Shown: positions 56,409 to 64,000 of the stretch, piece after piece
How positions within the stretch are numbered: position 1 is the first letter of the stretch
How the letters are laid out: each line of letters starts with the position of its first letter
Source of the DNA: an uncultured Candidatus Saccharibacteria bacterium
Lineage (GTDB): Bacteria; Patescibacteriota; Minisyncoccia; UBA6257
Reading direction: 5' to 3'
Assembly (NCBI GenBank): GCA_964479005.1
Contig: CAYZJA010000002.1
Location: 1-64,000 of the forward strand
DNA length: 64,000 nucleotides
Notes under the pieces: generated by a model
The model's input: only the letters and a program-made list of their open reading frames with translations
Database searches by the model: none
Told to the model about the DNA's origin: nothing
Position numbers and translations under genes: made by a program

Positions 56409-58877
56409 ATGATAAAAAAGACCATTTCATTTTTTCTGCTACTATCCCTTCTAGCTTTAACTCTATTGGGCTTTTTTTTGATTTTTCTCGCTGAAGGATT
56501 GCCAGACCCATCTACATTTGATCAACGAGTTGTTCCAGAATCAACAAAAATTTATGATCGCACAGGAGAAATTTTGCTTTATGAAATACATGGCGGAGAA
56601 AAAAGAACTATTGTAAATTTAGACGAAATATCTCCTTATATTGTAAAAGCCACTTTGGCTGCCGAAGACCATAACTTTTATCAACATCGTGGATTTGTAA
56701 TGAAAAGTATTATTCGCGCCATTGTTCATAATTTACTGCGTCCTGATAGTCTTCAGGGGGGCTCTACAATAACCCAACAATTAGCCCGTAATGCTTTCCT
56801 CACCATTGATAAAACTTTAGTAAGAAAACTAAAAGAAGCGATTTTAACTGTTAAGATTGAACAAACTTACAGTAAAAACCAAATCTTAGAAATGTATTTG
56901 AACCAAATTAATTATGGACATAATGTTTACGGAATTGAATCAGCCAGTAATTTCTACTATAGCAAAGAAGCCAAAAATTTAACCTTAGCTGAGGCGGCTT
57001 ATTTGACAAGTCTAATCAAATCACCTAATTATTTGTCCCCTTTTGGCAATCATCTGGAAAATCTAGAAAATAGAAAAAATTGGATTCTTTCACGAGTAAA
57101 AGGCCTTGATTATTGCTCAAGTGAGGAAGTAGAAAAAGCCCAACAAGAAAAAGTAATTTTTACACCACCAAAGGTTGGCTTTAAAGCGCCTCATTTTGTA
57201 ATGTATGTTCGTAATCTTCTCTATGAAAAATTCAGTGAAGAAGAATTGGAAAAAGGCGGATATACTATTATCACAAGTTTGGATATGCGCCTTCAAAACT
57301 TGGCTGAGAAATTAGTGGAAAAATACGGGAACCTTAATGAGGAAAAAGTAGGAGTAAAAAACCTGAGCCTTTTAGCTGAAGACCCTAAAACCGGCCAAAT
57401 ATTAGCAATGGTAGGATCACGCGATTATTGGAACTTAGAAGCTGAAGGAAATGTAAATACTACTTTGAGTATTCGCCAGCCAGGTTCATCTTTTAAACCA
57501 ATAGTTTATGCCACGGTTTTTAAAAAAGGATTTCTTCCTGAAAGTATTATTTTTGATGTCGCTATAGATGGCAAAATAGCTAATTTTTCCACTGACCCAC
57601 AAAATCCTTATTTAGTCCGAAACTATGATGAAAAAACTAGAGGGCCAGTTACTTTCAAACAAGCCCTTGCTCAATCTTTAAATATTCCATCAGTAAAAAT
57701 CTTATATCTAGCTGGCATAAAAGATTCTATTAAAACAGCCCAGGATTTTGGCATTACAACACTTAATGATCCGCCAGAACATTATGGATTAAGCTTAGTT
57801 CTTGGTGGAGGGGGTGTAAAACTAATTGAAATGGTTCACGCATATACAGTTTTCAATCAAGGGGGAATCTATCACCCACAAATAAGTATTTTAAAAATAA
57901 AAGACAAAAATAATCAAACCATTGAAGAATTCTCTTTAAAAAATAAAGTGGTTTTAGATTCACAAATAGCTCATCTTATTAATAGTATTCTATCAGATAA
58001 TAGCGCGAGGGCCCCTACGTTTGGATGGAATAATCAATTATATTTTCCTGATTTTCAAGCGGCAGCAAAAACTGGAACAGATTCTGAATATCGCGATGCA
58101 TGGACAATCGGCTACACTACATCCCTGGTTAGCGGAGTCTGGGCTGGAAACAACGACAGATCTGTAGTAAGTAGAACAGGAGCGCCAGGATCTATGTTAG
58201 CAGCTCCTTGCTGGCATGAATTTATGGAAAAATCAATAGAATTTTATCCTCCAACAAATTTTATTGAACCACTTCCATATACCAATGACCAAGCAATCAA
58301 AAATTCTATCCCAATGCTTAATGGAAGTTATGTGAACACAAAAGAATATAAGAATATTCAAACTGAAGAAATTATAAGCGTCAATGAAATCCATAACATT
58401 CTTTATTATGTTAATAAAGATAATATTCTTGAATCTCCGCCTACTAACCCACTAGGTAATCCCCAGTTTTGGAATTGGGAAATCCCCGTGCTTTTATGGG
58501 CGCAAAAAAACATTATTAATTTCAGTCAAGAATATAATAAATATTTAGGCGCTAATTATATACCTATTGACACCAATGCCATACAAACAACAATAAATTT
58601 TCCCGATGTTCCTAAAATTGAATTTATTTCACCTCAAAACGGCAGCTTTATTGATGCTGATATGGATTTAATTATTAAAATTAATAGCCCTACTGAAATA
58701 ATGAATACCCAAATTTATCTTAATAAAATATTACTCGGGGAATTGAATAAAATTGATGACAATGTTTATTCTCACAAAGTACATCTGAATGATTTAATCG
58801 ATCAAAATGAAATAAAAATTGAAGCCATTGACGGCTTTAATCAAAAAAGCACAGCGTCAATAATTATATTTAAATAA
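56409..58877 (+). CDS. Class A penicillin-binding protein (glycosyltransferase plus transpeptidase)
   Basis: GT51 motifs EDHNFYQHRG and GGSTITQQL; transpeptidase SSFKP (SxxK). Confidence 0.9.
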   Translation: MIKKTISFFLLLSLLALTLLGFFLIFLAEGLPDPSTFDQRVVPESTKIYDRTGEILLYEIHGGEKRTIVNLDEISPYIVKATLAAEDHNFYQHRGFVMKSIIRAIVHNLLRPDSLQGGSTITQQLARNAFLTIDKTLVRKLKEAILTVKIEQTYSKNQILEMYLNQINYGHNVYGIESASNFYYSKEAKNLTLAEAAYLTSLIKSPNYLSPFGNHLENLENRKNWILSRVKGLDYCSSEEVEKAQQEKVIFTPPKVGFKAPHFVMYVRNLLYEKFSEEELEKGGYTIITSLDMRLQNLAEKLVEKYGNLNEEKVGVKNLSLLAEDPKTGQILAMVGSRDYWNLEAEGNVNTTLSIRQPGSSFKPIVYATVFKKGFLPESIIFDVAIDGKIANFSTDPQNPYLVRNYDEKTRGPVTFKQALAQSLNIPSVKILYLAGIKDSIKTAQDFGITTLNDPPEHYGLSLVLGGGGVKLIEMVHAYTVFNQGGIYHPQISILKIKDKNNQTIEEFSLKNKVVLDSQIAHLINSILSDNSARAPTFGWNNQLYFPDFQAAAKTGTDSEYRDAWTIGYTTSLVSGVWAGNNDRSVVSRTGAPGSMLAAPCWHEFMEKSIEFYPPTNFIEPLPYTNDQAIKNSIPMLNGSYVNTKEYKNIQTEEIISVNEIHNILYYVNKDNILESPPTNPLGNPQFWNWEIPVLLWAQKNIINFSQEYNKYLGANYIPIDTNAIQTTINFPDVPKIEFISPQNGSFIDADMDLIIKINSPTEIMNTQIYLNKILLGELNKIDDNVYSHKVHLNDLIDQNEIKIEAIDGFNQKSTASIIIFK

Positions 58878-58938
58878 CCATATTTAAATAAATTATGTAT
58901 AGATAATTATTTTCAAGTAATTACACCTTTATAATTAT

Positions 58939-59235
58939 TCATCCAATTTTATAAAAAATTTTATTAATTTTCACTTTGGGAATTCTCTTTTTAAGATAAG
59001 CTCTTAATTGCGGTTCCTCTAATCGTAATTCTGATGAAATAACTGCCCTACAACACTTAATTGTTAATATCCCCTGTTTTAAAGAACTGACCCTGACTAT
59101 ATCCAAGGACCAGTTTTTTCTTTTTTTAAAATATTGGTTGATTACGTTAATTGCTTCCTGCCCCTGAAAAAAACTTTTAAATCTTTTGGTGTTTGACCAA
59201 CTGTTTAGTGCTTGTTTGATTGATATAAAAGCCAT
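58939..59235 (-). CDS. DUF721/DciA-like small protein downstream of dnaN
   Basis: GILTIKCCRAVISSELRLEEPQLRAYL...VKINKIFYKIG fits the DUF721 pattern (G.L.V.V.SsawA.eL....l...L...IRFrvG); position matches conserved synteny. Confidence 0.45.
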   Translation of the reverse strand: MAFISIKQALNSWSNTKRFKSFFQGQEAINVINQYFKKRKNWSLDIVRVSSLKQGILTIKCCRAVISSELRLEEPQLRAYLKKRIPKVKINKIFYKIG

Positions 59236-59250
59236 AAGACAAAATACTAT

Positions 59251-59310
59251 GTCAAATTTTAATTGGCATTAAAATATAGCGTCAAATTTTAATTGGCATT
59301 AAAATATAGG
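59251..59310. repeat. Tandem 30-bp direct duplication (29/30 identical) spanning the dnaN stop
   Basis: GTCAAATTTTAATTGGCATTAAAATATAG[C/G] twice; the second copy encodes the dnaN C-terminus ..MPIKI*. Confidence 0.8.
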
Positions 59311-60418
59311 AAAAGCTATCATCAGATTTCCCATGAATCAAGCCGGGATTAATTTCTTTATTTAATTTAATAATAATTTCATCTTCTTTAATTGAATGCA
59401 ATCCATCTAATAAGAAATGATAATTAAAACTAATCTTTAATGGATTTCCACTTATATCTTCGGGGGTAAGAACTGTATGGCTTTTCCCCAAAGAAGGGTC
59501 TTGAGCCTCAATAACAATTTCCTTTTTCGATGAATTAAAATCAAACATAACGTCATTTATCCTCCCGCTAAATAAGCCAATAATTTTAACGGCCTCAATT
59601 AATTTCTTTCTATTTAAAATTGTCTGATTTTCAAAATTAGACGGAATTATTGAAGAATATTTTGGGTATTCAGCATTAATAAGCCTGGATATTAAGCGAA
59701 CATTATTTAATGAAAACTGAATTTGATTAGGTTCTGGAAAAATCTTTACTACACTACTAACTTCCTCCATCTCTTCTTGAATAATTCTTAGAACTTCTTG
59801 CGCTGTTCTTAATGGAATTATTATTTCTAAATTATCTTTTATATTAGTTTTAATTTTTTGGGATAAAATATTCTTTTCTGCCAAACGGAAACTATCAGTG
59901 CCAACTAATTTTAAAACGCTTTTTGAAGTATCGTTTTCTAATTTGAATAAAATACCATTCAATTCTGGTTTTGGAGAAGTATAACCAACACTCGGAATTA
60001 CTTGTTCTAATGCTTCTTCAAGGTCCTTTTTTTCTATTTCTATATATCTTTCTGTTTTTGTTTCTGGAATAATTGGAAATTCATCGGGATTTATTCCTTG
60101 AAAGGTCGTATTATAATTCCCACTTTTTACTGATAGAATATTTTTACTTTCTTCAATTGTAATTTTTTCTTCTGATAAATTATTCAAAAACATAGAAAAA
60201 GTTTTTGCTGGAATGATAAATTTTCCTTCTTTTTCCACTTTTCCTGTGATGATTAATTCAATTCCAATTTCCAAATCAGTGGCCAAAAGATGGAGCTTAT
60301 TTTTATTTGTTTTTAAAAGGATATTACTCAAAATAGGGAGTGTAAGATTTTTCCCTGTAATTTTTTCTGCTAAATTAATAGATTTTTTAAAATTATCGAC
60401 TAAAGTGATAAATTTCAT
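59282..60418 (-). CDS. dnaN: DNA polymerase III beta sliding clamp
   Basis: Three-domain clamp, 378 aa, immediately downstream of dnaA. Confidence 0.9.
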   Translation of the reverse strand: MKFITLVDNFKKSINLAEKITGKNLTLPILSNILLKTNKNKLHLLATDLEIGIELIITGKVEKEGKFIIPAKTFSMFLNNLSEEKITIEESKNILSVKSGNYNTTFQGINPDEFPIIPETKTERYIEIEKKDLEEALEQVIPSVGYTSPKPELNGILFKLENDTSKSVLKLVGTDSFRLAEKNILSQKIKTNIKDNLEIIIPLRTAQEVLRIIQEEMEEVSSVVKIFPEPNQIQFSLNNVRLISRLINAEYPKYSSIIPSNFENQTILNRKKLIEAVKIIGLFSGRINDVMFDFNSSKKEIVIEAQDPSLGKSHTVLTPEDISGNPLKISFNYHFLLDGLHSIKEDEIIIKLNKEINPGLIHGKSDDSFSYILMPIKI

Positions 60419-60672
60419 ATTTTTATACTAATTATTATTTATATATTATATATATTAATATGTTATTATAATTAAGGACGGATATTTTGTGCATAAATGA
60501 TTTTTTAAAGGTAGTATTGGTTATTAATGATTCTTTAAATGGATAACTAGTGAATAATTAATGAATAATTTGGAGAAAACATGGGGATAGTAATTTAATT
60601 TTCGATTTTTAATTTTCAATTCTCAATTTTATCAAGTGTTTACACCTTATTTTATCAACAATATATCCACCA
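60419..60672. other. oriC part 1: AT-rich unwinding region plus DnaA-box-like sites between dnaA and dnaN
   Basis: AT-only stretch 60421..60475; boxes TGTGcATAA, TTATCaACA, aTATCCACc, tGGATAA. Confidence 0.55.
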
Positions 60673-62055
60673 TCATTTATTATACAACATTTCTTTCAAA
60701 ATTGTTATTTCCTGACAAAAAACAGGGTTTTTTTCAATTTCAGAAGATATCTTTTTATATGCATGAATAACGGTGGTATGGTCACGATTACCTAATTTTT
60801 CAGCAATACTGGTATAGGAATAATGCAACTCTTCGCGCAAAAGATACATTACTATTTGCCTTGGTTTTACTAATTCTTTCTTCCTAGAACGACCCAAAAC
60901 ATCGTCTTCTTTAAGGTCATAGAAAGAAACTATTTTTTTAATCACTTCTTTTGGTGAAATATATTTATTTGATTTATTTAAAATGAGTGACAATATTCTT
61001 TTGGTTTCTTCTAAAGAGATTGGACTATTTTTAAGGCGCGCATGCGCGATGACTCTGTTTAATGCTCCCTCTAATTCCCTGATATTCTTTGGGATTGCCT
61101 CAGCTATATACTTAAGAACATCATTGTTTATAAGATGGGATACATCCTGACTTTTGTTTTCTAAAATAGCTAATCTTGTTTCAAAATCAGGATAACCAAT
61201 ATCAGCTATCATACCCCCTTCAAATCTAGACCTTAACCGTTCCTCAATAGACGGAATAGATTTTGGCGGGCGATCAGAGGTAAAAACAATTTGTTTATCT
61301 TTTTCATAGAGCGTATTAAACGTATGGAAAAGTTCTTCTTGTGTTTTATCTTTTCCGGCGACAAACTGGACATCGTCAATTAAAAGAAGATCAAGATTTC
61401 GGAAACTTTTTTTAAACTCTGTCATTTTTTGATTACGGATAGCATTAACTAAATCATCTGTAAATTTTTCCGAGGTAGCGTATAAAATTTTCAATTTCTT
61501 TTTTTTTCTCTTTAGTTCATTACCAATAGCTTGTAGAAGATGTGTTTTTCCTAATCCAACGCCGCCATAGATAAAAAGAGGATTATATTTTTTTCCTAGA
61601 TTTTCTATTACTGCCAAAGATGCTGCATTAGCTAATTCATTATTGGTTCCGACAACAAAGTTTTCAAAAAGGTATTTTGGATTAAGATTAGTTTCAGGGT
61701 CAATATTAAATTCTAATTGTTCATCTAAAACTGACGATTTTGAAATAGTTGAAGAACGTTTTGTTTTTTTAGTCTCTATTTTTTTTAAAGAATCTTTATT
61801 AGTAGTAACCAGATATTCAATCTTTTTAATTTTAGGATTTAAGCTAAAAAGAGCGTGTAGAATTTGTTTATGGTATTTATTTTCAAGCCATTCTTTTGTA
61901 AAACTAGATGGGACACCTATAAAGACCGTTCCTTCTTTAATATCTAAAATAAAAGCATCTTTTAACCATGTTAGGTAATTAGCTTTAGAAATATTCAATT
62001 TAATCTCTCCCAAAGCTGCTTCCCAAAGTTCTTTGATATCCATAATTGAAATCAC
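60673..62055 (-). CDS. dnaA: Chromosomal replication initiator DnaA
   Basis: AAA+ Walker A GGVGLGKTHLL and C-terminal DnaA-box-binding HTH. Confidence 0.95.
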   Translation of the reverse strand: MISIMDIKELWEAALGEIKLNISKANYLTWLKDAFILDIKEGTVFIGVPSSFTKEWLENKYHKQILHALFSLNPKIKKIEYLVTTNKDSLKKIETKKTKRSSTISKSSVLDEQLEFNIDPETNLNPKYLFENFVVGTNNELANAASLAVIENLGKKYNPLFIYGGVGLGKTHLLQAIGNELKRKKKKLKILYATSEKFTDDLVNAIRNQKMTEFKKSFRNLDLLLIDDVQFVAGKDKTQEELFHTFNTLYEKDKQIVFTSDRPPKSIPSIEERLRSRFEGGMIADIGYPDFETRLAILENKSQDVSHLINNDVLKYIAEAIPKNIRELEGALNRVIAHARLKNSPISLEETKRILSLILNKSNKYISPKEVIKKIVSFYDLKEDDVLGRSRKKELVKPRQIVMYLLREELHYSYTSIAEKLGNRDHTTVIHAYKKISSEIEKNPVFCQEITILKEMLYNK

Positions 62056-62261
62056 AATATTTACATTCTATAGTATAACAACCTTTCGTTTTACTCAAGA
62101 ACGTTGAAATTGAAATGTACGCATTTCCATTATAAAAATAAAATTTAGTTTCTGCAAGAAAATCATTCTCTTTTGGGGATAAACTGTTGATAATCAGTGG
62201 GTTTGATATTTAACGTATATTTTGGTATGCTGTTCTAGATTTAAATTTAATATTTATTGCT
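62056..62261. other. oriC part 2 / dnaA-rpmH divergent promoter region with DnaA boxes
   Basis: TGgGGATAA and TGTtGATAA boxes (8/9 each) at about 62175..62194. Confidence 0.5.
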
Positions 62262-62396
62262 ATGTCGATTACTTATCAGCCAAAAAAGAAAAAGAGATCA
62301 CGCGCCCATGGATTTTTAAAAAGAATGTCTTCTAAGGGAGGAAAAAAAGTTATTAGTCAACGGAGGCAAAAAGGAAGAAAAAAATTAACTCCTTAA
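62262..62396 (+). CDS. rpmH: Ribosomal protein L34
   Basis: Own translation [44 protein letters not shown] (44 aa); below the ORF-track cutoff. Confidence 0.85.
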   Translation: MSITYQPKKKKRSRAHGFLKRMSSKGGKKVISQRRQKGRKKLTP

Positions 62397-62399
62397 GTA

Positions 62400-62735
62400 A
62401 TGCTTAAAAAGAAAAACAGAATTACATCTTCTGTTGCTTTTAAAGAGATTTTTACTAAAGGTAATGTAAAAGAAAACGAGTGTTTTAAAATTATCTTCAA
62501 AAAGAGTGATTTAGACTATCCGAGGTATGGAATTATTGTTAAGGCTCAAAATAGTAAGTCAGCTGTACAAAGGAATGCTTTAAAAAGAAGAATTAGAGAT
62601 ATACTTAGAAATTCTTTGTTGGTTTTTCCAAAAGGATTTGATGTTGTGATTGTTACGAAGAGAAATTGTTTAAATATGAATTTCTCAAAGCTGAAAGAAT
62701 CTCTTGGTGAATTATTATTAAAACTATTTAAATAA
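62400..62735 (+). CDS. rnpA: RNase P protein component
   Basis: Basic RnpA motif ALKRRIRD; sits between rpmH and yidC. Confidence 0.85.
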   Translation: MLKKKNRITSSVAFKEIFTKGNVKENECFKIIFKKSDLDYPRYGIIVKAQNSKSAVQRNALKRRIRDILRNSLLVFPKGFDVVIVTKRNCLNMNFSKLKESLGELLLKLFK

Positions 62736-62741
62736 ATTATT

Positions 62742-63434
62742 ATGAATGTTTTTGAATTATTGATTTTTCAACCGCTATATAATCTTTTAGCCTTACTCTC
62801 CAATCTAACAATGGGTGATTTAGGGTGGGCTGTTTTAATTTTGGCGGCAATAATTCGTTTTATTATTTGGCCTTGGTATAAAAAAGCCATGGGGGATCAA
62901 AGAAAAATGGCAAAATTACAGCCGAAAATTAAAGAAATTCAAAAGAAGTTTAAGAAGGAACCAATAAAGGCCAATCAGGAAGTAATGAAAATTTTTAAGG
63001 AAGAAAAAATCAATCCTGGCAATTCTTTCTTTTTTATCATTTTCCAATTGGCTATTTTTATTTCCCTTTATATATTTTTTAGGCAAGCCATAGTCAATGA
63101 TTGGGCTCCTTATCTTTATAGCTTTGTTAAATTGCCAGAACAAATAAATTATTTATTCCTTGGCATTATTGATCTTAAAGCTCCAAGCCTTGCTCTCGCG
63201 ATTATTTCAGCTTGCTTGAACTCCTTTTTGACTTTTATCCAACCAAGTTCAGGCCAGAACAAAGCAATGTTACTTGGCTTCCCTTTTATAATTTTATTTT
63301 TCTACCAGAGATTTCCCGCGATTGTTATTTTGTATTGGATAGGATTTACTTTAGTAAATCTTTTGCAGGAATATATGACTAAGAAAGAAACCATTCTCCC
63401 AAATCAAGCATCGGAAGTAAAGGCTATCAGTTAA
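62742..63434 (+). CDS. yidC: Membrane protein insertase YidC/Oxa1 (short form)
   Basis: Five-TM YidC core; IRFIIWPWYKK motif. Confidence 0.85.
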   Translation: MNVFELLIFQPLYNLLALLSNLTMGDLGWAVLILAAIIRFIIWPWYKKAMGDQRKMAKLQPKIKEIQKKFKKEPIKANQEVMKIFKEEKINPGNSFFFIIFQLAIFISLYIFFRQAIVNDWAPYLYSFVKLPEQINYLFLGIIDLKAPSLALAIISACLNSFLTFIQPSSGQNKAMLLGFPFIILFFYQRFPAIVILYWIGFTLVNLLQEYMTKKETILPNQASEVKAIS

Positions 63435-63460
63435 TTTTGAGCAAAGCCACGTTTAACGTG

Positions 63461-63508
63461 GCAAAGTGAGAAACAAGGTTCTGTGAACAAAGTAAACAGG
63501 TTCTTATT
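63461..63508 (+). repeat. AGGTTCT direct-repeat element copy ending at the jag ATG
   Basis: GCAAAGTGAGAAACAAGGTTCTGTGAACAAAGTAAACAGGTTCTTATT, preceded by the palindrome GCCACGTTTAACGTGGC. Confidence 0.7.
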
Positions 63509-63982
63509 ATGGAAACATTAAAGGTAAAATCTTTTTTAGAAGAATTGCTTACAATTGTTGGTTTTGTAAATTTTGAGATTAGTACACAAGAAAGTCCCCA
63601 GGACAAACTTGTTCAGTTTTCAATTAAAACTGATTCAGAAATTAATTATAGTGGTCTTTTGATAGGACGTGATGGAGAAAACCTGCAAGCATTAGAATAT
63701 TTATTAAATATCTTTTCAAAAAAATACTCCAATGATTATCCTTGGAGAATTATTTTAGATATTAATAATTATCGGGCAATACAGGAAGAAAAATTAAGAG
63801 AATTTGCTAAAAAAGCGGCTCGTCACGTATCTTTATCAAAAAAAGAAATAGAATTACCGCCCATGAGGGCGCGAGATAGAAGAATTATCCATTTAGAGAT
63901 TGCTTTAAGAAGTGATGTATTCACAGAAAGTGTTGGGGAAAGGAAAGAGAGGCATATTATAATAAAACCGCAAGAAAAATAG
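63509..63982 (+). CDS. jag: Jag/KhpB-like KH plus R3H RNA-binding protein
   Basis: KH (LLIGRDGENLQALEYL) and R3H (MRARDRRIIHLEIA) motifs. Confidence 0.85.
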   Translation: METLKVKSFLEELLTIVGFVNFEISTQESPQDKLVQFSIKTDSEINYSGLLIGRDGENLQALEYLLNIFSKKYSNDYPWRIILDINNYRAIQEEKLREFAKKAARHVSLSKKEIELPPMRARDRRIIHLEIALRSDVFTESVGERKERHIIIKPQEK

Positions 63983-64000
63983 ATTTTCTAATATTTGATT

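Noticed and set aside
1-64000. CRISPR arrays, transposases, integrases, prophage genes
   Set aside because: No regularly spaced direct repeats and no recognisable mobile-element proteins were seen. The only repeats are the short AGGTTCT elements and the 30-bp dnaN duplication.

Overview
Low-GC, tightly packed window that looks like a Candidate Phyla Radiation (Parcubacteria-like) chromosome spanning the replication origin. dnaA (60673..62055, minus) is flanked on both sides by DnaA-box clusters and an AT-rich unwinding region. rpmH-rnpA-yidC-jag diverge on the plus strand, dnaN and a DUF721/DciA-like gene sit on the minus strand, and almost every gene left of dnaA is on the minus strand, which fits an origin-centred strand bias. 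Content is mostly translation and replication housekeeping: leuS, thrS, tyrS, pheST, gatB, miaA, rnhB, dnaE, gyrB, recA, ssb, ruvC, ftsK, ftsEX and a class A PBP. Ribosomal genes are rplK, rpmG, rpsB, rpmE, rpsF, rpsR, rplY, rpsP and rpmH, with nusG, secE and tsf. Translation-factor genes are prfA and an N-terminally truncated RF2. Also present: tRNA-Gln, tRNA-Trp and a Thr-Tyr-Thr tRNA cluster, pentose-phosphate/glycolysis genes (rpe, rpiB, gap), an ECF sigma with a DUF5667 anti-sigma-like partner, and several secreted or surface proteins with threonine-run linkers. The most unusual signals are: (1) a short dispersed element family built on two direct repeats of AGGTTCT, found 5-6 times including in frame inside leuS and antisense inside another coding region; (2) a 1170-aa secreted protein joining a zinc phospholipase C/P1-nuclease-like domain to two lamin-tail domains; (3) an RF2 with no domain 1 and no room for the +1 frameshift; (4) an orphan two-ORF cassette between a near-consensus promoter and an intrinsic terminator; (5) structured non-coding elements and a perfect 30-bp tandem duplication at the dnaN 3' end. 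No CRISPR array, transposase or integrase was seen.
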